Origin: Chrysemys picta bellii
Lineage: Eukaryota
Direction: 5' to 3'
Length of the DNA stretch: 64,000 nt
NCBI RefSeq assembly: GCF_011386835.1
Contig: NC_088797.1
Coordinates: forward strand, 72,106,001-72,170,000
This document shows positions 12,326 through 26,745 of this stretch, one piece after another; within the stretch, counting starts at the first letter, position 1, and each line of letters opens with the position of its first letter. The position numbers and the translations under genes are program-made. Under the pieces are notes generated by a model that was not told the DNA's origin, did not search any database, and worked only from the letters and a program-made list of their open reading frames with translations.

Positions 12326-15300
12326 TGTGTATATATATATATATATCTCTGCATCATTTACAAGCGGTAGCTTATTTTTTCACAAGTTTCTAAAGATTTA
12401 CATTTTGTTTTTGTTATGTCTCTTCTTTAAGATTCCCAGAGACTCATGTTAGTGAGCTGAAGTACTAATATGCCCCTAGCTGGGCTGTCAATTGCAAGCG
12501 GTATTTGCATTTGAGCTGTGGTTTGTATTTCCTGGACTGATCCTTGTTCCTTGAGTATATTTTAGATTGCTTGATGATAATGATGCATAATTGATTTCTG
12601 TAGCTAATTTATTGCAGTGCAAGTACTCTGAAACCTCTACAAATATTTGTTTAGTGCTAGTGATTACCCCTGCAGTTTGTGTATTTACCTTATGGCGTGT
12701 GCCAATGCAAATTTTCTACTAGGCTGGAACTAGTTGCTGGTGGTGTTTTGCTCTCTTTGAAGTTCTTCCAGTAGTCTTAAATTAAGGTTACATCCTTGTA
12801 TTATAGGTTTAGTTATTATATATTAAACATGGATTATAAACAATTTCTCTATGGTGGCGAAACAGCTTCATAAGAGATGGCTCTGTTTCAGCTCAGATCG
12901 TGTCCCTTTGATCTGTGCATGGTGGAAGCTCTCCGTTTGCAGATCTCTTGCCCTTACTGAATGCAAGGGTTTTAGCTGCCTCTGTGGCAGCATTTACTCC
13001 TCCCCCCCCGTTCCCAGACTCCACAGATCTGCATGTGAGAAAGGAACATTCAGTGGCATTGAGGGCAGAGCGGAAGGACGAATGGACACATCTAGTCCTG
13101 TGGAGTTGCCCATCCAGTGAGCAAAGTGTTTGGGGCTGAGCGCTAACATACTCGCTGCGTTGCTCATTACACCTGTAGCAGGCAGAGGGTGCATTGGGAT
13201 GACTAAAGTGTGAGCAGGACATGTGTAGTCCTGTGGAGATGACTGGTTAGTCTATCAGTACCTCAGGAATGGCACAAAAGTGGCCTTCTACAAAGAATAC
13301 CTGAGGAGTAGCCACAATTATCAGCATGAAGGATTTGGCCCTGAGTAGTATATGGACATATCTTTTGAATATTCTTTAAGTGCCACATGTAAGAACTTAG
13401 AAGCATGTTTTCATATACTCTGAGAGTAGTATGTTTTCTTGAAAATGCATGGAGGTACTTTTTAAATCTCCATTTTTCTGATCCCAGAAATGGTGCAGGT
13501 GCTGTTTCCTTATTCTAGTTGCATAAAGACTTTGCTTCAGTGCATTCTCAGTAACTCAAGCCAGCTGGTATTTTTGAAACCCAGTATGTTCCTTGCATTT
13601 TTTTTTAATTGCTTTATTGATTAATTCATTGGCTAGTGTTTCCTCTGTTACAAACCCTTCTGAAAAAGGTTGTCTTCAAACAACTTTCACATTTTAAAAA
13701 AGAGATAATTAAGATACTAGATTGTAAAAGTTATTTGGGGCAGAAAACTTATCATGTGTAAAGAGTCATGCACACCAGTAGCATGATATAAAAAAAGGAA
13801 GTGAACCTTGCTGACCACATGAACCATGATTAAAACTTGCAACAGAGCTCTTATATCAAAAATAAACAAAGGACACAGCCATGAGTGTGTAGTCTGCTCT
13901 TTCAGTAGAGGTACCAATGAGGCTTCCAAAGAAACTTCCTGAACTTCTTTTGGAAGTCATATAAAAACCCCAGCTTAATAAAGAACTCTAAGGCTATACC
14001 AAATTAATTAAAAGAAGAATAGCCTGAGAACCATTGGTGATACTGTGAACACAAAACACCCCCATTGCCCTTAGAGTGTGTTTGCATGCTTCACTGGGAC
14101 TGCAAGCCATTGTTTCTTATTGGCTCTTGACTATCACAAGCCACTGTAAATTCTCATGCTGGGTACTCAGATCAATGAGGTCATCAGTGCTGGAAAAGGT
14201 GGTGTTGTATCTGCAAATGTACTTTCACCATACATAAACATTCCTTTCTCCTAGGGATTCTCTGAAATGATAAAAGTATCTAACTGGGCTGACTAGACAA
14301 ATAAAATATTTGATTTGTAGATGACACTCCCAGCCTACTAAAGATTCAATAGTTACAAACTCAAGCAAATTATGTACTGTACTGCAGTGAAGCTTTGCCT
14401 GGTCATGACTGTCTGGAACTGCCTCACAAACTGCTAGTTGACAGCTACCCAAGTGAGTGAACCACGGCGTGGGTACCTGTGAATTTGTTTCCTGTTTTAG
14501 GGACTGATCCTGAGCTGCCCTGAGTTCCCAAAGCTCCCACTGAAGTCTAATTAATCCTTAGTTTATGAGTGTAGGAAATCTATATAAGCAATGCTCCCTT
14601 TCTACCCTGTATCAGTCTGATTAATAGATCACTTTTCCATTCTTCAAGAAGAAGAAAAAGAGACCTAGTAAAAAAATCTTCCATAAACATTTTTTTCAAA
14701 TGGAAAATGCCCTGTATTTAAAAATAAAATTTTGCTGAAAAATTGTTCCATCTAAGATCTTCCATTTTTTTAAATTAAAATTATTTCCCCCCCAGATTTT
14801 AGAAATGGAAAACTGAAAAATATTAACTGAAAAACTAATTTGTTTTTGCAGGAAAGAATCTATTTGTTAAAGTGTACCACCCTTTTCTCCAAACTCTCAA
14901 GACAGTACAGATGTTCAATCATTTTGACATTCTGAATGTAATTATTTCATTAGGTATACGCTCTCTCCCGTAACACTAGTTTGCTGTTTCAGGGAGAAGG
15001 TAGATAGCTGGTGGAATAATTATTCAAAATGTCAAAACCATTAAATATCTGGATTGGTAACTGAAATAAAATGAAGAAGATTTAAATAATCCCCTAGAAA
15101 GTGTTTTTTTTTCAGCAAAAATCAAACTATAAAGATGGGCAAATTCTGGGGAAAAAATTCAATGAATATTTGTTACAATTTTGTTATGAATTTGCGTTGA
15201 GTGTTTGCAGCATTTGTGTTTGATTTCCATAAATATTCTAGTAAACAAGTTTTGTGGCAGAAGTATTCACAGAAACAACTAAGTTAAAGCAAATACTGCA

Positions 15301-18300
15301 AAATATACAGGGAGATTAAGGCCTCGATTTCAATTTCCCTGCAAAATACTGGTAATTGATTTCAATATGATTGGTCTCATGAGGAAAGGTAAGCAGGGGC
15401 ATAAACATTTGCAGGATCGGGGTCTAAATTTCAAACTTGTAATCATGATGGAAACCTGATTCTGAGCTAAGATGGTCCAATCAGGGAATAGAGACATACC
15501 ACGTAACCAAGGTATTTAGTTAATACAGCTCAATTTTCAAATACTAAATAGAAAATATTTGCAATAAACTGCTTGAAAATGAGACCCCAACCTATAATTA
15601 TAAGCAAAAATTATTTCAAGAATTCTATATAAAAATAAATTTGAAAAATATTGTCTTGTTAGGAGCCCATTCACAGAGATCAAGGCAATATTTGGCACAT
15701 CACTGCAGCCACTTTACTCCCTTTGGTGAGTAGTTACACATGTAGATGTATTGAAGGCAATGGAACTAAGCTTGAGAATAAGGATTTTACAATTTGGGCC
15801 TTGGATTTTCACTCAGTTCTTCTGAACTCTACATACAGTTCTAAAGTGTTACCCATTTGGTCTCTGAAGTTGTTCAAAATCCAATGGACTAAAAATATTC
15901 TCTCTGCCAAGAAGACAGTCAAGCTGGAAAGGCTTGGTTGCACTTTCTTTGGGCCACAGTCTGCAGATAAATGGAGATATCCATCCCTCCTTCTCTCGCC
16001 CCCAGACCTACTCACAATAATCAAGGAAAAACCTGATAGCTAATATTCTGTTTGTAAATGTAATACAGTCCACTGCCCACAGTTCTAAAACTCCTTTCAA
16101 GTTACACTTTAATCCTTTTGCTGTAATTGATGATCAGTTGTATATCCCTTTGTAAAGTTTTTTTTTATCAATGTCTTTGGTGATTCATTTTATATCAGCA
16201 GCAAATCAATGCCATTTTAATGGAACAGAGTGCTTAACTTCAAACTGAATTAATGTTGACTTATCTATTTCAATATCAAATGAAGTTTTCGAAGTCTAGA
16301 AGAGCAATTTTTTTGCCTTTAGAACCATTCCATTTGCCTCCAAACAATGGTGACATCCTTGTGATCAGCTGTAGTAAAATTACCTGTGTTAATGAAATTG
16401 GTTTAAACAGTGGCATTGTCTTTTCCAGTACAATAGAAAGAAATGGGAGTTGAGGCTGATAGCTGGATGAATAATTCAACAGAATGCAAATATCCACATA
16501 GAAAGTCTCTCTCTCTCTCTCCCCCCTTCCACCTTTTGAGAAAAATATACAAAATCACTTAGAAATTCTCACTGAAAACCATAACTGTCCATGCTCAATT
16601 AAGTAATATAAGAACAAAGGTTTGAATCATGTCCCTGTACCTACAGAAGAAACCCTAGCAATGGAAAAACAATGTGGTTTCACTGAACAAAGAGGACAAG
16701 ATTTGGCCAAGGCCCCTATGAGGCATAGAGCACTGCTCTGTGGAGGCAGCACACAGGGAATGATTAGGGTATGGGTAGGCTCCTCCATAGAAGTGAGAGT
16801 GCAGAAGGACTCAGAGATGGTACAGCAGCCGTTGACTTTGAGTATCCTTTGTAGAGCAGCTGAAGAGCTGTTTAACAGCCTGGATGACAGAATTCCTCAC
16901 CCATCCCTCCTGACAGCCACTGGGCCTGATTCTCCCTTGTCCAGCACCTTGTGCAGTCTGATTAGGTAGCACCTACATTGCACTACTATAACTGCAAACA
17001 TAAAATACAAGATAGCAGAAAACCATTTCCATTGTGATTATATGAAAATATGAGGGTTTTCCCAAGAATCTTACTTTAGGCTGGGTTTACCCTGAGGAGA
17101 AGCGTGGCTGGAATTCATTCCTAAAGCTCAGCACGGCTGTTTGCTGCCTATGTTGGATGCACTGGTAGGTGCAGAGGTTCCCTCTGATAGGGATGGGATT
17201 ATAAATGTGAGTCACAGGACTGGGTTCAAGATCACAGACGGGAGAAACTCTGCATATGCAAGAGAGAATGAATGTGTGTGCATGCATGAGCACATCCGTG
17301 TGTGAATGTATCAGGGAATTCTCAGTGGGAAGGCTGTGGATGGAATAAGAGCTGCCAGAAAAGCCCTCATTAAGAGCACTTAACCATATATCAAAGTGTG
17401 TTTTGCGAGGAAAAACATAACTAGAATATATTTTATCTGTTTGTACTCTTTCTTCAGCATTAAATGAAGATATAAAGCTTGAGGGCCCTGAGGTCTTGCA
17501 GCCTGATTGAAGGAAACCCTCACATTAATTTTAATGGTACTTTTGTCTGCACTAAGGCCAAAGTTTTATCCGAGAGCCCTAACTGAATCAGGGCCCTACT
17601 ACCTACAAAACCTTCATTAGCTTCCATTGACTTCCATGGGTTTTAAGCACGTGCTTAATTTTAGACACAGGCTTAGATACTTAGCTGAATAAGGATAGAG
17701 TTGAGCACATGCTGAAATTTAAAAATACACTTTACGTAGTAGTTAATAAAAATATTAACAAATCATAGTACCTCATCTAGCATATAGAAACTTACATGCA
17801 TGGCATTGTTGGCATGGGAAAGACCCAGAGAACTCTCCACACACTAATATTCTGTCTGGGAGTATAACTAATGTGGTCTATAGTGAGATTTAAAGTGAAA
17901 ACACTCCCATTGAAGTCAGTGGCAAATCTTCCATTGATTTCAACATGAACAAAATGTGGGTCTCGTGTATTTCTTTCAGATAGCCCCAGACAGAATTATA
18001 TTTTATCAAATTGTGTCTACCAGCTAGAGTCAATTTGAACTGCATGAGTCATTTAATCAGCCTGAGTGAGAGGCTGGGATAAGCTGCTTTGCCCCGAGTT
18101 CTGGCTATTGAGGACCATTTCAGGACCATGCTGACCCAAGACATACAGCCTTGGAAATTTGCATACCGTATTCCAATGACTTTCTAATTTATGACAGGAG
18201 AACAGAATGGGAGAGAGGTTGACATGCTGCTGCTGACCTCTCCAGCATTTGCTTTGATTCATTAGCCCAGCCTTGAAGATACATTCAGGGGTCTAATAAA

Positions 18301-20119
18301 ACTGTTCATGATCTTGTTCTGAAAGAAAGATAAGAAAAGAGACTGGCACATGTCTTTAATATTTTGCTATAACTTTTCCCATTTCTCTTCAGAGAGAAAC
18401 TGATGTCTAATTCTCCTTCCCCATCTTTCATTGAAGACTAGATTTAATGGGCCATTGAACGGTATTTAGTCATGTATAGATATTTCCTACAATGTGACCT
18501 GCAGTATTAATCATTTTAGGATAGTCTTTCAATAAGCAAGATAGTCTAGTAATGACTTTCTTAGGTAGATAACAACAATGGGCCCAATTTTCCTGCAGGC
18601 AGTGGCTCAGGAGTAGGAAATCTCCATGAGGTTTTCCTAGTGTAGTTTTATATCTGATCTTTGCATGGGAGGAGGGCAGAGGTTGTTGGCTTCCCCCATG
18701 GAACAGGCTGTAAGGCCAGCCCTCAGGCACTGTGCATTCCCTAGGAATTATGAGAGACCAGGTTCTGCACTGGCTTTACGTCCTCAGTAGTCCCCACTGA
18801 CTCTGACCTCTTCAAATGGTGGGATTGCCAATATGGAATGGGAAGCAAATACAACCATTAAGCATATCTTTACATTTGTAAGAAGTCTATCTGGCTGCAG
18901 GGGATCAGCTGCCATTTTGAGAGGCAGATGTGATGCAGCATGTTACAGACGAGGCTAACATTGTGATTTCTCATGGAGATTTTACTTCTTTCTTCTTTTT
19001 GTTTTCCCTTAATCAGAAATAAAACTTTCAAACCCTGGGGGGAAATCTACAGAAGAAACCATTGAGGACAGAACATGACGCACGTCTGTTCCCTCTTCAT
19101 GCGTTTACCTGTCCCATGAGAATTTTCAAGATATCAGAATTTTTCTCATCCCAACTCAGGACTGCGGGAGTGAGTGCCTACATCCTGATTTTGATTTTAT
19201 TTTTATTTTTATTCTAAATAACTATAAGCTGAAAAGTGAAACTTTGTATTGAAAAAGTCATTATTTGTATTTTTTCTAGTTGTTAGATTTGTTGAAACCA
19301 ACCCTTTCCTGCAAATAGTTTTGGGTTTGATTAATCAGCATTTTCCAAAGGAGCACTGGGAGGGCGGCGGAGGGGGAGAGGGGATTCATGGGAAAATTCC
19401 TGACCAGCTTAAATAAATTGGGACCTGTATGGCAGAGAGTAATAATATAATATATAATATATAATATAGAGAAGGATTAATATTTACTGGGACTCCTGGT
19501 TATTTTTGCAACAGATCTACCGATAACGATAATTTTGCTGTTGAACATAGTAGTCAAGCTTGACATTCAGTTATGTTAATGGGCTGTTAATGGTGGATAA
19601 CAGCACAGCCAGTGGGAAGGAAGGTCCCCATAGCAGGATAAACTGACTGACTGATCAAACCAACTAGCAGGCCTCCTTCCCCCCCCCTTCCCCTCTGCTA
19701 TGTAAAAGTTCTACTTCTCCCAGGGGCTGTGGGACTGTTCATCTGTCAATAAAGTTTTTGTTGTGCTCAAAACATTTTACTGAGACTTTAGCATCATTGC
19801 ATAGGCAACAGAGAATGCTGGAACTTGAAATGTATGAGTATAGGTAAAGGTTCTGCTTAAAGTGGCCCAAAAGTGCAATTTCAGGAAGGCCAATAGGGGA
19901 AACTTGTCTGTCTTCTCCTTTCTACAGTATTAAACTACTTAATATGTATATATTAAAGCTATGGAGCCTTTCCTTTGAACTATTTGATGGTGCCAGAGTA
20001 TTTGTTAGATGTTTAATTTTAGTCCAGGAAAGTCCCTTGGATATGAATCCTATTGCTGGCGTTAAAAAAAGAAAAGAAAAAAAAAGCCTGATATGGCTGC
20101 TGCTGTCACATGTCTTATA

Positions 20120-20446
20120 CAGGGCCGGCTCCAGGCACCAGGCACCCAAGCACATGCTTGGGGCGGCACCTGGTAAGGGTCGGCGGGGGGGGGGCGCTCC
20201 GGCGGCGCGGCAGTTGGCGGGGGGCGGGCTCTGGTGGCGCGGGGGGGCGTTCCGGCGGCACTCGGCAGGGGGCAGGGGCGGGCTCTGGCGGCACTGCGCG
20301 GCGCACAGCGGGGGGGGGGCAGCGCGGGGCTCGGCGCTGTGTGGGGGGGATTCTGGCGGCGCTCGGCATGGGGGGCGGGCTCTGGCATGCGGCGCTCAGC
20401 GGGGGGGTGTTCCAGCGGGGCAGCAAAAAAGCTAGAGCCGGCCCTG
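20120..20446. mobile_element. young non-autonomous hAT-type element, GC-rich
   Basis: TIRs cagggccggctc and gagccggccctg. Perfect 8-bp TSD gtcttata at 20112-20119 and 20447-20454. Interior has repeated ggctc(t/c)ggcggc units and many intact CpGs. Confidence 0.9.
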
Positions 20447-20828
20447 GTCTTATAGAAGCATTAGTACTATGAATTCTGTAACAGCTCTGCTGGTATAACT
20501 GAAAAACTATGCCTTGAGTGCTGGGAAGTATATAAGAAAAAATGATGCAGTCCAATTCTAACTACAGCATACAAAGGAAACAATCAGTCATTATTGACAG
20601 GAAGAAAATGAATAAATATTGTTACAGATAACACATCTATATCCTTCAACTCAATGAATTTATATTAGCATCTGAGTGATGACTTCTCTCAGGAAGACCA
20701 GTAGAGCAGTTCTATTAGCTTTCTTGATGGATATCATTCTTTTCAGAGTCAATGAACTTCTGATGTAAAACTCTTGTTGTTCTTATTCCTTGGGGGTATG
20801 CACTTTCTCTCACATTGAGTTATATTAA

Positions 20829-21036
20829 AAATTCAAACCAGTGTGCCTAAAGTTAGGATCCTAAATCCATATTTAGGCACCTAAATGAAAGTGGCCTGAT
20901 TTCTACATATCCCATAGAAGTTAACCCGAAATAAGGTGCTTGACACTTTTTTGGGGGGGAGGGAGTAAGAGCCTTTCATTTAGGTGCCTAAATGCAGCTG
21001 TTGGAGCCTAACTTTAGGCACACAGGTTTGAAAATT
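20829..21036. mobile_element. old palindromic MITE
   Basis: Long inverted arms aaaccagtgtgcctaaagttagg...tttaggcacctaaatgaaag and ctttcatttaggtgcctaaa...cctaactttaggcacacaggttt. Confidence 0.6.
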
Positions 21037-23215
21037 CAGTCAATGACATTAAAAGATGTTTTCTGTTTGGTACAAAATAGTTTTATATTGTTTATCATGT
21101 TAAAGCCAGGAAAAAAGTGACCAGATAAAGAAGTTAGTTATGAAAAGGAGGTAAGAAGAAACCTGGCCAGATGACCAGTAAATGGAGGGTCAGTTCAGTT
21201 TGTCAACCCAGAACCCTTTTGACGTTTGAAGATTATTGGTTAGCCACTCACCCAGCTTCCCATTTTATGTCATTTCAGTTCCTGGTTCTCACTAAGCCCT
21301 GAACTGGAAATACAGAAATACTGTAATAAAAGGCCCAGATCCAAAGATAATTGAAGTCAATGGAAAGACTCCTGTTAATTTCACTGGGTTTTGGATTGTG
21401 CCCTAACAACTTTTCTCATGCTATTTCTAATACAACAGGAAATGTGAAGTACTAGAAGTCTCACAAGAAACCTTTTTCATAAGATCTCCAGAGTAATTTT
21501 GGTAGACCCAAGAGAGTGTAGTTTTTTGAATAAGTTTTGGATAAATATTTGAACTGTTGTGTTCATATCTGAACTCTACAACTTTCTGAGAGTGACCAGT
21601 CACTAATAAAAATGTCATCCATATTTTTTAACCTGCCCTGGCAGAAGTGCTGCTTTTGATGCAAATCCTTTACTAACTCTTGAGAATATATCAAAATGTC
21701 ATGTTGTGCAGTACACCTACTTTTTTACCCCGTGATTGTAGTTTAACAAAATGAATGCTGTACAGAGGGAGATTGTTTCACATCACATAACTGCTTTTCC
21801 AAATACCAGTGGTAAATAGTCAGCAAATCCCTCATTATCAATAAAATGGCACTGATGTATAGTCAAAAGTTACTTATGATGTTTTCAAATCCATATCATC
21901 ACATGCCTTTTTATTCTGGTGTATCCCCTCTGAACCAACCAAAACATAATCTAGTACAAAAGGGATCTTTGATTTGAATGGCTGGCAAACTTATGTAAAG
22001 ATTTTGGGAAACCTGATTGTACAATGGGGTTTGATTTTAATTGTGTTTAAATGAAACATTTTGAAGCTGTTTTCCTCCCTTATCTTTGAAGGAAACATTA
22101 TAAAACCTTTTGGTATATGCTGAAATACCATCCATTTTATGAAAAAGAGGTCCATTAATGTTTATGGCACTGTTCCCTTCCTTTGAATACCAAAGGACAG
22201 TCAAGAGTTATCGCTTGAATGTCACTGAATTAATCTTGCTGAGGGTTTGGATCATATCACTGACTTGTGTTAAGTTACCTCATTCATTCATACCTGTTCC
22301 TTTAAAGATATTCATCTTGTGTGAATTAAAAGCAACAGAACTCTACTGTTACAATTTCCAAGACAGTAACTCTATACTCCCAAAGGCTGATAGTGTTTCC
22401 CTTGAAGCCAATGGTGAAATTCCCATTGACTTCATGGGTAGTGGAATTAGATCACGTACGAGTGGCACAGCAGAGAGGTAAGTAAGTGGAGCAAATATAA
22501 TGAATGTGCTGTGCCTCCAGAAAGAACACAGTCATGAGGGTCAAGACAAGCGTAAACTTCTGATGGTGCTGAACGGACAGTGAGAGAAGCTGACATCCCT
22601 CATTTATTCCCAGGACAGGTAAAGCAACTGTACACTACTGAAAGATGTTCCATACGTTGTCACCCACCCACATCTTCCTTGATCAGTAGGGCTCACTTTA
22701 AGGGCAGAGAAGACAGTTAAGATGCTATTATGCTCTGGGCCTCTCTGTTGAGGCTGCCAGTAAAAGAAAGGTATTAGGATTAACTATGAAGTGGATAGCT
22801 GTGTGCTAGGAATCACATTAAGACTGCCAGCACATTTTACATTAGCTCCTGAGAGCCCTCAGACTGAGTGGAGCTGCATTTGAACCAGAAACCTAGAAGG
22901 AGAAGTCTGAGTCGCCAGATGCCAGTTACTAGCCAGCCATTCGTGTGTGAAGTGTCAGGAGAGCCTTTTAAAAAAATACCACTCATAAGAAATAATATAA
23001 TAATCCGGTGTTGTCGTAAATTTCTCCAGTCCCTCTTGCCCACAAAACATAGTTGTATGAAAGACACTTGCTCCACCTTTAGATACTTCTGGGAGAGAAA
23101 CATTCCTTTTATTTCAGTAACATACAATACCTAGGACTAAATGAGAAAGATTTTGAAATCAAATACTTCTGAATAAAAGCCTGGCTGAACTTGGCTTCCA
23201 AATAAGAAATTGTGC

Positions 23216-24211
23216 TGTGATGGTGTGTTTCTCCCACACAGGCTCTGAAAGGGTTAATGTGTGCCCGAGAGTCCAATCAATCCAGCTGGTTACACTTGGC
23301 CCAATTAAAGATGAGTCCCTGTGCATGGTTAGTATAAAGGAAGAAAGTCTGAAGCAGAAAGAGTCTGCAATCACTCTCTGGGATTACAGACTAGTTAGAG
23401 TGAATGGGTGAAGTAGGAAGCCTAGGAGTAGTGTAAACACTGGGATTCTTGTTAGAGAAGTCTGGTAAATAGTCAGGAGAGACATAGAGCAGCTTCTGGG
23501 CTGGAAAAGGCTCTGGTAATATACCCTGAAAGAAAGGCAGGGATTGGACTTCTTGGGAGAAGGCCCTGGGAGGCGTTCAACCCCGGAATAGAATGGAAAA
23601 TTTAAGAGCGATGAAAAGTTAAGCCTGAGGAGGGTGGATGTTGAATTTATATTTGTATTTGTTAGTGTGTTATTTTCTGATGAATTCCAGTGGAGGGCCT
23701 GTGAGTTCTGGACCTGAGAGAATGGTGAACCTGGAGAGGTGATGGAGCAAGGGCCTCAAAAAGAAGCCATGATAGGAAGAAGTCCAGGGAGAGAACAGCA
23801 AGGAGTCTGACAGAGCAGGCCTTGGCTGTCAGTAATAGGGTTCTTGCACTGGAATCCAGACTAGTGGGAGGGCCTGGGTTTCCCTACAAGCTACTGGCAT
23901 GGTGGCATGAAGCCCCTGAGAAGGGAATAAGGATGACAGAGCCCTGAGAGAAGGGTGTAAAGTCCATGAATCCCAAAATTAGGACTGAAGACCTTTTGTG
24001 AGGACACTTGGACTTCTATGTGTTGGGCTTTGTTACCCCCAAATGGGGGGCCATAAATTGTCATGTGGCCAGAAGGTCAAGTAAGTTACAGGAAGAGTGA
24101 CCATGTTAGAACTGGAGTGGCAGTTAGCAAGGAGCATCAGGTGGGGAAAGCCTCCTATGCCACATCTAGCCATAAAGGGGCACACCAGCTGTGAGTCCAC
24201 GCTTTCTCACA
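23216..24211 (+). mobile_element. solo LTR (Gypsy/ERV-like), degenerate
   Basis: Runs TGTGA...TCACA with a TATA-like gtataaag near 23333. Shares ccacacagg, ggcctgggtt(t/c)ccctac and a subterminal gtgagt with the element at 30281-30964. TSD not convincingly conserved. Confidence 0.55.
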
Positions 24212-25629
24212 GGTGGAGACAAAGACAATAAGTAGTCTAAATAAAATAAACTGTCCTGACAATTTGCCAGTCCTTTGAACTAATCCCAAAACACATTTTG
24301 TTTTCCCCTAAAGCTCATTAACATTTGGTTAACTTTTAAAAATGTATTCTTGTTCATTGGTGCTCCTCTGCAATTTTCTGGTTTCAGCTGTAATATCCCA
24401 CAAAAGACTAAATGTTGCTGTCATTATTATGCTTTAAGTGCCAATAGTGTGCTGTGTGAGATGCAAAGACAAGGTTCCTCTCCTGAAGGCCGTACATTCT
24501 TAGGGTCAGATGATGTTACCCTTAGCTGGGTAGTGTCTTACTCCAAAAATAGTCCCACTGCAATCAGTGGATTAGCATGAGATTAAGGGTGGCAGAATCT
24601 GGCCCTAAACTGGTCATGAAGTACTCTGGCAAAGAACTGACAATCTCTCACATTTTGAGGTGGTTCTGTCATTTCACAGCTTGGGCATGCTATACATGCT
24701 ATTGTATTGGTGCTCAAATAAGTCAAAGTAAAATAAATGTACTTTTGCTCCCAATATATTGTTCGTTCATGGGTGTTATCTTAGAGGCCATGGGATCTGA
24801 TATTTCAGATGAAGGATCCACACAGGGATGAGTGGCTGCACTAGCCCAGATGTGTAGCCTACATTCCATCAAATGTCTTTAAAACAGGAGGAGGTGCCCC
24901 TAACCCTGCAGCCACAGCAGAGGACAAAGGGATCTTTGAAAACTACTTGTGACTTGCTCTTTTCAAGAAAGCTTTTAAACAAGCTTTAGTCCACCCCTAT
25001 TTCAGATTGCATATCCCTAAAGTTAAGCATATGCTTAAGGGCTGTCCTGAACAGGGATGTTTTCCTAAATTGGATCCTGAATGAATGTATAGTGAGAGAA
25101 GAGGTTATAGAGTGACCACCTCAAATTTTGACCGAGAGCTACCACATCTCTTACCACCAGTTATGATTTATGATTATGCAATAAGTTAACCTCTGTGAGC
25201 CTGAATGAAAAGGAATCCTCAACAATTTCATTTTTTATTAGTTGAAAAAATGGAAAATATATATATTTGCAGTCACTTGTGTGTGGCCCACTTGTCTTGT
25301 GGCAGCAGGATCTTCCCAAACTTGGGATTTTTTTTCTTTTTGCCTAGAGGTTTTTGCTGAGTTCTATATGTTCCTGAATGGAGCTCAAAGGCTATTTGGG
25401 TTCTGGATACCATGATAATTGGGATGACCTTTACATTTTCTAAGACAGATGCCAGAGAGACCCCTAAATTGCTTCTGCTTTCCAACATACTGTCCCAGCT
25501 ACCATCCTTCCAACCGGGAAGCATTTGATGAGATTCCCTTTGGACCCTCCTTAATCATCTTGCAGGGCACTGTCCTTAGTTACTGAGTTGCATTTACATG
25601 CTACCAAAACCTTATTGCTACAAGGCCTT

Positions 25630-26527
25630 TGTCATAACTATAAAGGGAAGGATAATAGCTGTCCTGTGTACAGTACTATAAAATCCCTCCTGGCCAGAGA
25701 CTCCAAAATCCTTTTCCCTGTAAAGGGTTAAGAAGCTCAGGTAACCTGGCTGGCATCTGACCTAAAGGACCAATAAGGGGACAAGATACTTTCAAATCTT
25801 GGGGGGGGAAGGCTTTTGTTTGTGTTCTTTGTTTTGGGAGTGTGTTCGTTCTCGGGACTGAGAGGGACCAGACATCAATCCAGGTTCTCCACATCTTTCT
25901 AAACAAGTCTCTCCTATTTCAAACTTGTAAGTAAATAGCCAGGCAAGGCGTGTTAGTTTTCCTTTGTTTTCTCAACTTGTAAATGTACCTTTTACTAGAG
26001 TGTTTATCTTTGTTTGCTGTACTTTGAACCTAAGACTAGAGGGGAGTCCTCTGAGCTCTTTAAGTTTGATTACCCTGTAAGGTTAATTTCCATACTGATT
26101 TTACAGAGATGATTTTTACCTTTTTCTTTAATTAAAAGCCTTCTTTTTAAGAACCTGATTGATTTTTCCTTGTTTTTAGATCCAAGGGGGTTGGATCTGT
26201 ATTCACCAGGAGTTGGTGAAAGGAAGGAGGGGGGATGGTTAATTTCTCCTTGTTTTAGATCCAACGGAATTGGATCTGTGTTCACCAGGAGTTGGTGGGA
26301 GGAAGGAGGGGGGATGGTTAATTTCTCCTTGTTTTAAGATCCAAGGGGTTTGGATCTGTATTCACCAGGGAATTGGTGAAAGGTTTTCTCAGGGCTTCCC
26401 AGAGTGGGAATCTAATTGGGAAATGGTGGCAGCGGACCAGAGCTAAGCTGGTAGTTAAGCTTAGAAGTTTTCATGCAGGCCCCTACATTTGTACCCTAAA
26501 GTTCAAAGTGGGGATCCAGCCTTGACA
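25630..26527 (+). mobile_element. solo LTR, 898 bp
   Basis: TGTCA...TGACA terminal inverted repeat, perfect 5-bp TSD gcctt at 25625-25629 and 26528-26532, and TATAAAA at 25677. Confidence 0.88.
26164..26382. repeat. ~79-bp tandem repeat (about 2.8 copies) inside the LTR
   Basis: Unit tttctccttgtttt(a)agatccaaN5ttggatctgt(a/g)ttcaccagg...ggaaggagggggatggttaa starts near 26164, 26243 and 26321. Confidence 0.9.
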
Positions 26528-26594
26528 GCCTTGGAGATACTTGAACTGAGCATCACATCCTCAAGAGGTAGAGCTAATGGTTCTGGTCCCAGTC

Positions 26595-26745
26595 TGGCCC
26601 ATGGGAGACCTGGGTCCAGTTCCTGCTCTGCCTCCTATTTCCTGTGTGACTCTGGCCAAATCACTTAATCTCTCTGTGTCTCCATTCCCCCATCTGTAAA
26701 ATGGGATAATAACACTTCCTTACCCGAGAGATGTTGTGAGGAACT
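26595..26745 (+). mobile_element. MIR/CORE-type SINE
   Basis: ctgtgtgactctggccaaatcacttaatctctctgtgtctccattccccatctgtaaaatgggataataac is a recognisable CORE sequence. Confidence 0.7.

Noticed and set aside
19540-19775. possible old LTR (TATA-like gtaaaag, AATAAA, ending in CA)
   Set aside because: No TG start, TSD or second copy could be established.
19922-20555. overlapping Gly/Ala/Pro/Arg-rich ORFs
   Set aside because: Artefacts of the stop-poor GC-rich hAT MITE.
26164-26382. repeat-spacer pattern resembling a CRISPR array
   Set aside because: It lies inside a TSD-flanked eukaryotic LTR, the whole ~79-bp unit is repeated, there are no unique spacers and no cas genes are present.
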